From: Hyphochytrium catenoides
Taxonomy: Eukaryota; Protista; Hyphochytriomycota
Length of the DNA stretch: 47,461 nucleotides
Assembly (NCBI GenBank): GCA_900088475.1
Contig: FLMG01003843.1
Coordinates: 1-47,461 of the forward strand
Reading direction: 5' to 3'
The notes under the pieces are model-generated. The model ran no database searches. It was not told the origin of the DNA and worked only from the letters and a program-made list of their open reading frames with translations. This document shows, in pieces, positions 10,352 to 22,890 of the stretch; within the stretch, counting starts at the first letter, position 1, and each line of letters starts with the position of its first letter. The translations under genes and the position numbers were made by a program.

Positions 10352-12675
10352 GTGGACCCACCAGATGATGACGTCCTTTACAGATTGCGCTAAGTTCTAC
10401 ACTTGCCTCGGCATCCGAATCTCTCCTATAAACAACATAGCTTCTATATGATTTTTAATATGATCAAAAATATAGAATAATGAAGAAGTGATATTACTTT
10501 TAGCTGTTTCCACTACCTGGGCCCAAATGCCCTCTGGCACGTCCGACTGAGTGTTTCGAGACTGAAATGCCTCTTCCCTTCTTCCGCCGGTCAACACTTA
10601 CCGCGGAGAATGATGAAAATTGACTGCGTCAGACGGTCAGACACCTCGATTGGGGAAAGTGGGGGAGAGGGGAAAGGGTTGTTGCTGACCCGCTACTACG
10701 AAGAGTTTCTTCTCCTTATGAAGGTACAATCATTATAATCAACGATGGCCAGCCCAAAAATCTGAGCGAAACCTCCTCGGAGGTGGAACTAACTACCATT
10801 ACGCTTCTTATAGGTCGGGCCGTCCTTGAGAGGATATGTTCTGAGCGGATTGACAACTGGATGGACTGGACAAAAGACAGTGTAGGCAAAGCCCAGACAG
10901 GACATTATAAACAAGTACTCTCTCAAGCTGTTGTTGATTGAGGACTGAGAACAGTAACCTTGTGAATTTCAGTAGGTTTATGACAAACATATTCTAAAGT
11001 ATTTATCAGCCCCGAAGAAGGTACGAAGACAAAACCCGCCGTCGGGTTCGTAGGGATATCGAGGTTGATCGAGGTTGATACAGAAGCAATGATTCACAAA
11101 GTGCTCAGATTACCAGCTGTGCTGTCGATGGAAAGGTCATAAAACACATATAATGTATGGCGACCTTTATCTCAATCCTGTCATAATTCCCTGAAAAAGA
11201 GAGAGCCGAGAGCAGAGTGATCTCGAGTTCTATGTACCTTGAGTTTCAGGCATTTTGATGTGCAGCGCAGTGTCATCATGGACGCCCGTCTGTTTACTGG
11301 GTGGCCGTTCAACTACAGAATTACCAGCAACAATCCGATGATTGCGGCGAATAAAGAGATGCAAAGATCAACAAGTCTGAGTTTGTGGGTAGAGCGCTTT
11401 GAGTCCTTAACAAGTGTAGTGCTTGCTGGAAACCCGTCTGTTTTCTGGGTTGCCCGTTCTTTCTTTGCTTCCATGTCATCTTGTTCTATCTCTGTAAACA
11501 AATCCAACCACAACCTCCTAAGAATATTTGCCTCTGTCATTGTGAGTATTATGGAGGAACTTTCACCTCGCAACAAGTTCGGCGGTTCAGTCAGCCAGGG
11601 GCTCCTCGACCGCATGCCCAAAGTACGCCGTCAACCTCTGCAAATTAGTGCCGGAATTATTCAGTGAAGCGATGATGTGAAGCGGTGTTATTACTACAGC
11701 ACTAGAAGACCATTCCCTACGAGCTTAGCGGTACCTCAGCATGTCGGGATATTACCGTACAAGAGGACGATCTCCTATTCTTATTACCTCAGCTCGTCTT
11801 TCTAAGATTTGGCAAACGAGCCTCCTTGATTTTGAGTTGAACCTTGCACGCCGGTTCAAGGACAGGGAGGAATCAGCTGATTTTTGTGCTGCCTGCCTCT
11901 TCTATGGCGCCTCTACTACTACTCCCTCGTACAAAGTGTAGAACACACTCCTTTCCCCTTCTTGTGGTTTCTATACTTGCACTACGACGGGAAGTATAGT
12001 TCTACAACCAGTAAGAATAGGCTCTCTTGTAGTAGTGAGGAATTTTGTTTGATTGACTCTTGTGAGATTCGACCTTGCAGAAACATTAGGCGTTTCGGCC
12101 AAATCTTTTGGATTCATGGTGGTGAGTTAGCCCTCCTCTCTGTCAATCCACCAGTCGTTCTCTGCGCCGCCTTGCTTTGTTAGGATCTTCGAGGGTTGCC
12201 CTTGATGATGAGATAGTAGTAGAGCGACTAAACAAGCAAACCACTGGAAATCAATGTGTTGACCATGGTTCAAACTTCCATCCAGAAACAAGATGAGGTC
12301 CGTGGACTGATGTGAGGCAAAGAAATAGACCGCTAGTAGGCCTGTTAGCTCGTTTTTTGGTCCCAAGTAAGGGTTTCTTCCTGCGCCTAAAGAGCATCCG
12401 CCTCGCAGAGAGAAGCGGTAATGGAGAAATAAATATCACAAGGGAAAGGGAGAAGGCTGTTGTTGATTCACACCATTACCAGATGCTTCCATGCTGTTAC
12501 CCTTTATCTGTCATGTCCTCGTCCCGCGTCGTCTCTCTTAAGAGGCTTTTAAGATGACTGTTGGATCGTTCCAGAGGGGCTTTTGCCCTTCGGGGATACG
12601 AATGATGAATGGTGCCCCACTCTACCAAGCAGACAATAATAAGAGCAGAAGGCTAGCAGGGATCTCCCTCACTTT

Positions 12676-12703
12676 TCAATTCGATCTGAACCTCACAAGC
12701 ACA
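12676..12703 (+). promoter_or_regulatory. Conserved upstream element of secreted paralog B
   Basis: tcaattcgatctgaacctcacaagcaca matches 9477-9504. Confidence 0.6.
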
Positions 12704-12777
12704 ACATAGAAGTTTGCTCCACCGAGCTCAACTAAGGGGCCATCATCAAAACTAGCCATCCTTCGAAAGGAGCCATC

Positions 12778-13458
12778 ATGCACTTCCTTCAATCTGCATC
12801 GCTAGCCTTGGCAGTACTTTGCGTTTCCTTCCATCGCTTCACGGCTGTGACAGCTACTGGTGGTGGCGCGGCGTGCCAAGGAAAATGCCTACGCGGAAAC
12901 TGGCAAGGAGGAGGCTGGGCCACTTATCCTGATTCCCCAGCCTGCTGGAAAAATGAAGGAAGCTACTTTAGCTGTTTTGACAAAATCAATGGAAAATGTC
13001 CATGGGGAGGTATGACGGATTGCACGACCGTGCCAACACCTACTCCAACGCCAACCCCTACTCCAACGCCAACACCTACACCTACTCCAACGCCACCACC
13101 AAGTACTGAGAACCCTACTAAGGCGTGCTGGGGAGTTTGTCTCAGGGCTAACAACAAGGAATACGGCTGGGCTAGTGCTAGCTCGGGCGCGCCACCGTGC
13201 TGGAAGGATGAGGGCACCTACTTCAGCTGTTTCGATTATGTTGACGGCAAGTGCCCATGGGGTGGTATGATTGATTGCCCAAACACTGAGAAACCTCTCT
13301 GTGATGGTTGGGGAGCTTACTGCGGAACATTAGATTGCATCAATCCTGCTCGTCGAGGTTGTTGCTATGACCCGACCAAGAACAGTTACTTCTCCTTTTG
13401 GTGGTACATCAATGGCCAGCCCAACGATGAGTGCAAACCTCCTCTTATCCGCTCTTAG
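12778..13458 (+). CDS. Secreted Cys/Trp-rich repeat protein, paralog B
   Basis: Intronless 226-aa ORF with the same architecture as 9557..10351 but a shorter (PT)n linker. All Cys positions are conserved. Confidence 0.92.
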   Translation: MHFLQSASLALAVLCVSFHRFTAVTATGGGAACQGKCLRGNWQGGGWATYPDSPACWKNEGSYFSCFDKINGKCPWGGMTDCTTVPTPTPTPTPTPTPTPTPTPTPPPSTENPTKACWGVCLRANNKEYGWASASSGAPPCWKDEGTYFSCFDYVDGKCPWGGMIDCPNTEKPLCDGWGAYCGTLDCINPARRGCCYDPTKNSYFSFWWYINGQPNDECKPPLIRS

Positions 13459-14083
13459 ATGGACTCGGTGGTCTCCACTTCCCTCCTGGGGTGCTCTACT
13501 TCCTCCCTTTGCCGCGGCATCCTTGAAGTATAACTCTTTTAGCGAGACAGGTTTTATAAATCAATAGTAATAGTACTTTTACAAGCCTAAAGATCAGGCA
13601 TTCTGGCCTACTCAATAAAAAAGTGTTAAGAACAGTAAGCTTCTTACGAAGCGACTGCACAGAGTAAGCGAAGGTTCTAGCTAACGAGTAAAAAAAAGCA
13701 AGAAAGTGAAGGAGAAGAGAGAAAATATATGAATGTGGACTAACCCTAACTCTGTCGTCCATCGTCGACTGGGCTATAATGCTGCTCCCGCACTGTTGAT
13801 GTCCGTTGTTGCCCCAACTGCAAATACTCTTATACGTAGCCGCTAACGTCCTACATTCCAGTAACGCCCGGATCACCCCAACCTTGAAGTTTGATAGAAG
13901 GGATGGACCTCAGCAGCTACCAGACTGCGCCTCGGCATGGCCATTGACGCCTTCCAACTTGCCGCAGCTGTGTCCCGCGCTTACCTCTCTCAAACAAGTT
14001 GACCCTAGTGTTAACCACTGCGCGGTGGTGCCTACGGCACTTAGTAAATAGGCTGGTAGAAGTTAAGCTCAGGAAGATCAAGC

Positions 14084-17000
14084 ATGACCGATAAACAGGA
14101 CAAGAAGAAGGGGAGCACTCCCCCTGAGGCATCAGGCTCTGGCATCTTAAGCAGCCGCCGGAATGTATCTCTTGAAGGCCAGCAAGGAGCCAAAGCTGGT
14201 GGAGCCAAGGGGCCGGCTGCCCGGGGAGTGATCAAGTTCAAGACAAGCTTCAAGAACACGATTTTTGACGTGATGAAAGCTCGAGGTTGGCAGCAAACGT
14301 AAGACGGTGGAGGATTTTGGGCCTTAATTGCCTCTGCTTAAGCTCATCCACATCCCTGCCTTACTTTTGGAGTCATCCGCTTCAAGGTCCTCCTCTCAGC
14401 GCTCTCTCTAAGTTATTCTTCCCCGACAGCGTGATCTGCATGTTTTATTACAGCTTCTAGTTTACGAGAGCCTGCACTCGCTTTCTTACAATCCAGGAAT
14501 GACGAGACAGACTGGGATATTCTGTGGTATGATAGAGATGTAATCTTCGATGTGCTGGACCGCTGTCATCTTGAGAATTGGCAGCGTGTGAACCATTTCA
14601 GAAACAACAGAGAGGTAAGAGTTTGCAACTCGCTAAGGGCATCTACATGGACACAATGAAGGGGATGTTTTGCGGACTCTCTGAGTAGGGTCTCATCTTC
14701 GCTTTTATACATATCACCCGCTTTTGCCGTAGCTTTGCAGGAAGCATTGTCTTATCAAAAACTTAAAGCGACATAAGCGACAGTTGGAAAAGGACGGCAG
14801 GTAAGAATAATTGAGGCATCAAGCCTAGACTGCGCGCGGATAGCTCGCGAATAGTCTAACCGTCCACTTCCCGTCCCTACCTTATGCTGTCGCTCTGTGG
14901 TCCATCAAAGAGTTGAGGAGGCAAACTCATACAACTTTTTCCCAACAACATTTGTCCTTCCCGGCGATTACGCCTTATTCGTCGAGGTAAATGGATCCTC
15001 AGCTCTTCTCCCTCTTGCCAGTGTATGACTCTTCGTATCAACTCTTAGCCTCCCTTCTTCACTAACCCTTTGCCCTGCCTCATTCGCGTTATGAAGGACT
15101 TCAAGAAGGAGCAAGGTGTCTGGATCATGAAGCCCGCGACCAAGTATGCCTAGAACCTAAGCGGCGTCAGGTTGACTTCGTCTGATTATAAATGCCTTAC
15201 CATAACTTTAGAGCACAGGGAAAGGGAATATTTCTCTTCACGAACCTGAAAGATGTCAGCGACTGGAAGACTAGCTCCAGGTGGGATCCAAAAGCTGCGG
15301 AGGTGGAGCAGTACGTGGTACAAAAGTATATCACAAACCCTCTGCTGTTCGGAGGTAAAAAGGTGAGAAAATCTGTCTGCTCTTGTATGGAACTCGCCCA
15401 AGTACGGCCCTCCAATCATCTCTCCTTCGAGCTCTCTCGACTTTTGCCTAGTGCCATCCAACGCTTTTTCTGAGTCCCTGTCTTCTCTCCTGTGTCTGCA
15501 GTTTGACCTACGCCTGTACGCTCTGGTTCCATCCTACAGCCCGCTCAAGATCTACACCTGCAGGACTGGGTTCTGCCGCTTTACCAATGTGTAAGTGGTG
15601 GCGAATGTTGACCTCTACAGACGCCCCTCTTCAATTCTTTTACCCTTCCATCGGTAGATCTCACTAGAACTCTTCTTTATATAGAACTCTTCTTCTCCCC
15701 TAGACGGAGGCCGCTTGCTGATCTTATAGTTTCTTCCTTACAGCCCTTATTCTAAGGACCCAGCAGATATTGCCAACTCATTTATGCACCTTACGAACGT
15801 GGCTGTCCAAAAGCACTCGGACCAATATGACACCAATGTAAGGAACGCCTCCGCTTTATAGCTCGATCTTGGGTCTCGTCCAGTACTGCGTATAAGCGCT
15901 TTCTTTGGTGTTAGCCCTCGTCGCTGTTGGTCGGTTCTGACATGTCCCTTTCTTATAGACGGGCGGCAAGTGGGAGCTGCGGTACATGAAGATGCATATG
16001 ATATCGAGATTCGGCAAAGAGGCTACTGACCGGTGCTTCAGAGACATAGAGAAGGTGATGATTAACACTTTGCTCAGGTAGGAAGCACAAGGGCTTCTGG
16101 CTTCGTACCTTCCGGCTCTCATTTCTTACAAAAGCCGTCGTATTCAAGTTGTCTGAAGAGGATTGCCTTTGAAGCAGATTCTGACTCTCACAATATTCCT
16201 CGCTGGCACGTTCATCCTCCTGCTCTTTTGCCTTTTTGACCAGTGTGCAGAAGATAATCATGGCCGATAAGCACTGCTTCCAGCTCTTTGGCTACGACAT
16301 CATGATAGACGAGAACCTCAAGCCGTGGCTGCTTGAGGTGAATGCATCTCCCTCAGTAAGTGCCCACCCCTAATACTTTGTGATCTTCCAAGCTTCTGAC
16401 CACTAGGGCCTTCCAACATTGCCTTCTCTACACTATTATTTGTCTCTTTGGACCTTGTTCTAGTCATGATGGTCATGTGCGTTCCTGTCGACTGTTGCTG
16501 GCTCACCTGTTCTGTCTCGACTCGTCTCTGCCTGCAGCTGACTGCCAACACTGCTGCGGATTATCGCCTAAAGTGCGATATGTTGAATGATATGCTGGAC
16601 ATTATAGACTTTGAGCATCGGTATGGAACAAATGCGACATCTCTCTATTCTCTTGGGATTGCGACTTGAACTATTTGGGAATTCCTTTGTCACTGCTCTA
16701 AATAGCTGGTGATGGTAACGTTCACACTGGAACTTCTTTTCATTACTCTTGCTACTGCCTGTCTCTGCTACCCTTGCCGTGAAGCATGACCGGCAATGAG
16801 CGTCGAGTGGGTTCCTTCGATCTGGTCTACGATAAAGGAGAGCACATCCAAGTCGAAGAGACCAGCGAATATAGTTCGTTTCTAGGTAAAGGACTGAAAG
16901 AAAGAAGCAGTGTAGCTTTGCCCCCATTGTCCTTTGCATTTGGTAAATCTTGCCGGTCAAACTAATTGACCCAATGAGATCTGGTTCTATGTTCACCCTT

Positions 17001-17306
17001 CTCTGAAAAGTCAGGATGAAAAGTCAGCGTGCCTTTAGACCCTAACTCGTATCACTTTTCATAGGCTGCGAACACAATACAGCCAAGGTGCCACTAGCAG
17101 CGCCAGGGCAGGCAGGTCGATCAGGGCCCGAACGCTGCCTTTCCCCTAAAGGGAATATGACGGAAGACGAGAATGAAGGAGTTTCAGTCAAAAGTTCATC
17201 TTCGTCAGAAAGGCTAGACGCCCAGCAGCCTTCTAGGAGCGTTAGATCACAGCGACCCAAGAGTGCTAGAAGCTCTCCTCGAACAGAAATTTCTGTCCAG
17301 AGTTAA
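14084..17306 (+). CDS. TTLL9: Tubulin polyglutamylase, TTLL9-like (about 13 exons)
   Basis: Spliced motifs: [148 protein letters not shown]. Confidence 0.92.
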
Positions 17307-17563
17307 TGTTGAGGTTAAAGGTTGAGCAAAGGCCCTCGTCTAACTCTCAGAGGGCAGTATATGAATTTATCGCATCCTTGTCCCCTTCAAATGATTTTCT
17401 ACAGATTGGCCACAGAAGACAGCATTCTCGCTGTCGCCAGTAGGTTTATGATTAGCATTATTAGGTGCGAGAAAGTGAGTGGTGCCCGGCTGCGTAAGGG
17501 TTTGTAGAGTACAAAGGTCGGGTCTAGTACATGCTAGGCCGCTACATGCTAGATAGGAGTGAA

Positions 17564-20500
17564 TCAGGTGTTACGGGGTGGACCTGCCATTAGCTTCAAT
17601 AGGGATTGCACTCCCCGCTCGAACACCTGCTGATCTTCGGCACTGAAGCCTGTTAAACTGCTCCGAAACTTTTCAATGACTTCAAGAACGTTTGTCTGCA
17701 AAATCATTCAAGAAGAATGGAAAGGCGGGCGTTTACGTAAGCCCAAAGAAGGCGCTGATAGGGACAATGGCAGTAAGTGAGTAAACAACTAACTGCAGCA
17801 CAAGGACTTAAAGACTAGGTGCCACTGAAGCCACTTGCCTGAATAGGCTTGTACAGGATGCTCTCGGTCTCCACATTGTCAAGATACAGCCTCATCTTGA
17901 GAAATATACGCGGCAATTCGGCATCAATTCTTTCCGTCGCGTCTTTCAGAACTTCCTGTACCTTGTCTGGCCAACCACAGAGTGTTCAAGAGGTCGGAAT
18001 AGCAGACGCAACAATAAATGAAGTTGGAACCGAAGAAAGGCAGCAAGGTGTGCACAGAGTAGCAGATAAGTTCTGTGAGCACAGCCCGCCTCCTAAACTC
18101 TTTATGTCAATCGTCCCACCTGGTTGAGCAAACGCTTGGCTGGCAATACTCTCACCAGATGCAGCGAAGGCCTTCGCCTACACGGCACAGACTGTAAATG
18201 ATGAGCAACACAAGGGGTAATTGATTCAGGGGATAGACCTTTGCTAAGAAGGCGGTAATAGGAGCTGATAGCGTGGCAGTCGTGTTGTCAATGAAAACGT
18301 TGCAAGATACTTTCAGTTCGGCCTCCAGGTTCTATGACGAATGCACAGGAAAGGTTAGTGTGAACAGCTCCCTCCCGTTACATCTCGCCCTCATGCATTC
18401 CTCCTCTCTCAATTGCAAGATCACATAAATCCTATCATGGCGTCTTTACTGAAGGCGCTGCTTAGTCACCGCACATTGTCGGACGAAGCAGCAATGTTAC
18501 GCTAGCCCGTTATAACCTTCAATTGCGTCTACAGATCTCTCTTTGACCGCAGTTCGCCCACTGAGTCCATCCTGCTCTTGGTATTATGTCTGCCAGCGTT
18601 GCAGTCACACAACCCACCTTCTTCGTGTCCACCTTCTCCTCTGATATTTTTGGCAATCCAGTAGTTAGGACCGTCACTAGGGGGTTTGACGAGATGGAGA
18701 ATATGCCCGATATATTTGGACTTGACCACAGTTGAGAAAGTGCGCCTGCAGTCAAAGGTGAGGGATCTCTTAATGAGCTACCACGGAAAGCAGCAGTATA
18801 GATAGAAATTTGCAAGGTCGGCCAGCATGGCAGAACTGTATAGAAAGGAATCTGACGACATCACAGGTAACGAGTGGGATACGATGGCCTCAAGCGCTAG
18901 GACCAAGCTATGATCTATCACCAATTTGATGACCTAGGAGACTTCGTGTCTAGCATCTGCCTACCAGCGGTGGACGAGAAGTCTAAGGTCCTCTCCATGA
19001 CACTGAAATTGATGTCAAAAGGAGTGATCTGCTCACGCAATGTGAGAAGATTNNNNNNNNNNNNNNNNNNNNNNNNNNNNNNNNNNNNNNNNNNNNNNNA
19101 TCCGTTTTCCAGCTTCCTTTAGCGTGCTAGCACAGACTGAAACAGCTTCCTGTGCGACCTTCTCAAAAATTGTCATCTGATGGGGAGTAAGTAGAGGCGG
19201 AAGAAGGACAAATAGGCAAGGAGTGGACGAGAGAATGTATTACGAGGAAGTCGGCATCGTAAGTAACAAGGTGGTAGCTCATACGCGCTCGCTATAACAA
19301 AGATGTGTGGTGACGTCTTACATCCACGTTTCTATAGAGTTTAGATAAGCACATAAGAGTGCGCTCTAGCGTTGGGTACCAGGAGGAATACATCCTAGCT
19401 CCCCCACTAGACTTCTGTGTCGCCAATGCTATCAGGACGAAAATCATGTTAAGTGGGAAGGAAAGACGAGCCAGCTTAAAAAAGGCAAGTCAAAAGTAGA
19501 CGAATTCAAATTTGGATTCTAGAGTCGTGCCAAGATAATGCCTCGAAGCAGAGAGAGATATTGGTTATCCTCATACCTTCCAATTTGCCAGGATAGTCCA
19601 GATCGGCCGCAGTGGGTTCGAAACCCTCAATCTCATCCCCAATATACCTAAGTCAAGCAGAAGCAAGCGATAAGCGATGCGACGTTTTGGGACACAGACG
19701 AAGCTCTTACTTTTCAGCACAGAATATCAGGCGCTCTTGAGAATCCTGAACAAAACGATAAAGAATCTGCTCCAGAGCCTCAGCTGCTTTACCTTCAGTG
19801 GAAAGAAGAGGGTGGTAAACAAACACCAGACTGATAGCATGGGAACTTAAGAATATGCAGAGCGTCACCAATGCGGCTTACCTCTAGGACGAATGAGTTC
19901 GTCTATGACCTCAGACTTCGATATCCGAATGATCTCACAGATTGTATCCATGCTCTCTTGATGGATGACAAGTGGCCGAAGTTGAGCGTACAGCGCACCG
20001 CAGATATCTACCAGCATGCCCCTGCCTCGGCAAATGGGAAATCAGGTCGGGGTTGAAGTGAGGCGTGACAAAAGGACTGAACTGGCATGCAAATGAAAGG
20101 CCAAACCTTAGTCCCGACCCCGACTCGTCCACCCGCTGGGGCGCCTTATGCTGGCAGAAAAATTGCGAGAAGAGTTGGAACTCCAGGACGCATATTTTCA
20201 CCATGTATGAGCAACCAGCACGCAGCTATATAGGGTGAAGGAGACACGTATACATCTATGTGAGGATAATGGTAGACGAGGTGATCAGAGCAAGAGAAAC
20301 TCACTCCATCGACGAGGCCTTCAGACCCAATAGCTGTACCAGCCAGCCCCTCCATGTGCGCGGTGACAATAGGAGTAAGTAGTAGTGTTCGCTGATGGAA
20401 GAATGCCTGGTGACACTCAAGGACCATGGCAGCGGCCCTACGGGAAAGGTATTGCTGAGCTTGGCATTTTTACCAGGCAAAGAAGAAAGGACCCAGAAGT

Positions 20501-21837
20501 GACCAACGAGTATTAGCATTGGAGGTCAGGCCTTACTCTCGGAGGCCAGCTCTTTGTTCAATGAGATTGGTCATGGCCCCGATCCGAGAAGCTAACCCAC
20601 TAAACCGTGAGTAGTAGGAACTCAGCTCTAACTTTTCTAGGCCCCCAACAATTATATCCTGGGTCTCGAAGTTAGCCATGGTCCAATAAAGGAAAAGCTG
20701 ACCCGAAGAGAGACACCCCAAGCAAAGTGCTAGTACCCACATAACAGTGTCTCGTGGTCAAAAACAAGGGGGCGAGGTTCTTCATATACCTGTTGCAATG
20801 CCTGTGCAGAGAGAAGCTGCTGTGTTACGATCTCCAAAGTCTTGGTAACCTCTTCTTTTGCCCGACTAAGGCCAAAGAGCTGCAACTCCTTAAATTTCGC
20901 CCGATAGAGTGCCGCATCCTTGAATTCCCTCTGATCAGCGCCCCAGCAAATAAGGCCGGACGTCATATTGTTCCCCACACAAGGGTTGTGAGCACGATAG
21001 AGACCACTTGATGAGAATGGGTTGCCTACTCACATTTGTTTCCATGTATTGAATGCACTCATCTAGCTTCTGCAGAGCAGTAGCGTACGGAGCTTCGTCT
21101 GGATGATGCCTTGCACTAACTGGAGCCCCTAGTATAACGCTGCCTCCAGTTTCCGATTCTACGGGCAATCCCAGGAGGTCTCCGATCTCCCTTAAAGAAT
21201 CAAAGACCTTCAACGGTTCTTCCAGATGTTTGACCTAGTACATGGAGTTAAAAGGTGGAATTCCTAGGCCCAAGACTAAGGCGTACGTGGATGCCGCTAC
21301 CTGTGACTCAAGCTTTGCCTGGTCTCCTAGAAGTCGCTCACAAGTATCATGCAAAGAACTGGTGTTGTTTCTCACTAGGGCGTGCTGGGCACCCATTCGT
21401 GTAAGCAATTCCATGGCCAAGTCAACAATTTCCTGCAACGCCTTACACTTCCCATGGTAAGTGCAGATGTTATCGGTCCACGTCCTGTACAAAGAGATAG
21501 ATTAGGCTGTCTGCCCCTGGAAAGGAAGGTATTTTTGATCTACCTAAGTGTCAAGGTAGCAGGGTCATTTGGGCACACTTCCGCCTTCACTTCAACCGGA
21601 AGGTTGGCATAAAACTCCTTTAAGGTGAGGCTCTTAGCGGTGCCACCCTAGCATACACGGAGTTAAGACCAAGAGCAAACTAGGATGCCATCCATCACGC
21701 TGATTGCTAGAACATACCGTCCCAATTGTTCCTTCTTTGGCAAGACTAAACGGTTCCATGCGGGAATATATCCCATCAATAGAGGCCACCTCCTCTGAGA
21801 GGGCCTCAACGAATTGCTGGGCATCAAAGGATGTCAT
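17564..21837 (-). CDS. COG3: Conserved oligomeric Golgi complex subunit 3 (Sec34), multi-exon
   Basis: Exons include TSSLHDTCERLLGDQAKL, LQKLDECIQYMETN|REFKDAALYRAKFKELQ, YSRF, ECHQAFFHQRTLLL, LRAGCSYMVKICVLEFQLFSQFF, WYPTLERTL, AQEAVSVC...LLTLREQITPFDINFSVMERTLDFS and LYLDNVETESILYKPIQ. The start context is gccgccATG. Confidence 0.9.
19053..19099. other. Assembly gap (Ns) inside a COG3 coding exon
   Basis: The N run lies between ...LKEAGKR and NLLTLREQI..., where COG3 homologs carry the roughly 15-residue segment containing DGxLFLIK. Confidence 0.9.
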
Positions 21838-22890
21838 GGCGGCAAGTACATCAACAGATCTCCGGACTTCTCAATGGCTTTCTTCCCAGGGCTCAAAGTA
21901 TCTCAGCCCGCCGATAGTAATATAATGTAACATCACAGTCCCAGCGTGCCCTATAACCATCTTGAGCTTAGAACCTGTTATGAAAGCCCCTCTCCATGTC
22001 TGATGATGGAAGCGGCAGGCGGCAAGTCTCTTCGTCGCTCATCATGAAGATCTACGTCTGCAGAACTATCCGTGAGGACTAGCAGCGAATGCAGATCCGG
22101 AGGAGGAGGAGGGAAGGCCTTTTGATCTTTTGATGTTGAGAAGTGATTGATGATGGAATATCTGACGTTAGCGGTCCTGTCAGGATCAATGATGAAGTGA
22201 GGAGGAAGGATCACAGTGATTGATAACTGCTCGTGTTGTGACGGCTATAACGCTATAACAGACTTGAAGGCCTTTCTAACCCTAATCGTGCTCCGATCTA
22301 CTGAATGATGCGGAGGGTTTGGCTATAATTTGGGAGGGACTTGAACCTAATAGAACGCCGCCAAGGGCTCCCAATTGGAGATACATTTGGCCTTATGAAC
22401 TATACTGTCTCCCTTGCTCTCTGTCTCGTGCATCCTTCTACTCTTTTTGCAATTAGCCTAGCATCTAGACTCTTTTCTTTCACCACTGTCTCTCGCAAGA
22501 TGCATCTTCTATCCGCTCTGTCTTTCCTCCCACGCTTGCCGCAGGCTAGTGATGGCAAAGCCCACCACCCATCGAACAGCCCAACATCATCCATCCCGCC
22601 ACGCCAGGCTCGCCAGTTCAAGGTGCAAGAGGAGTGTAGAGAGAGGATCAGGCGCAGACAGACCGCTTCTTTATGTCGATTGTGCATCCTCTCTCTCTTT
22701 ACTCCCAGCTTTCACCTCTGTCTGTGGCGAGGAAGTCAGTGTGAGCCGGGGAACCGACGGTATCGCGGATTCTTTTCTGCGGTACGAAGTCTCTTTGGCC
22801 AGTCTTCCACGCGCTCTTTATCCATTAAACGGCACTGTGTACGGAGATCGCCACTATTAAACTCGCGACGAACCCAGTACCTCCTGAGCC

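Noticed and set aside
13740-22285. Telomere/telo-box-like CTAACCCTAA at 13740 and 22276 upstream of genes
   Set aside because: They are single short copies that overlap the common CTAAC branch-point word and are compatible with chance.
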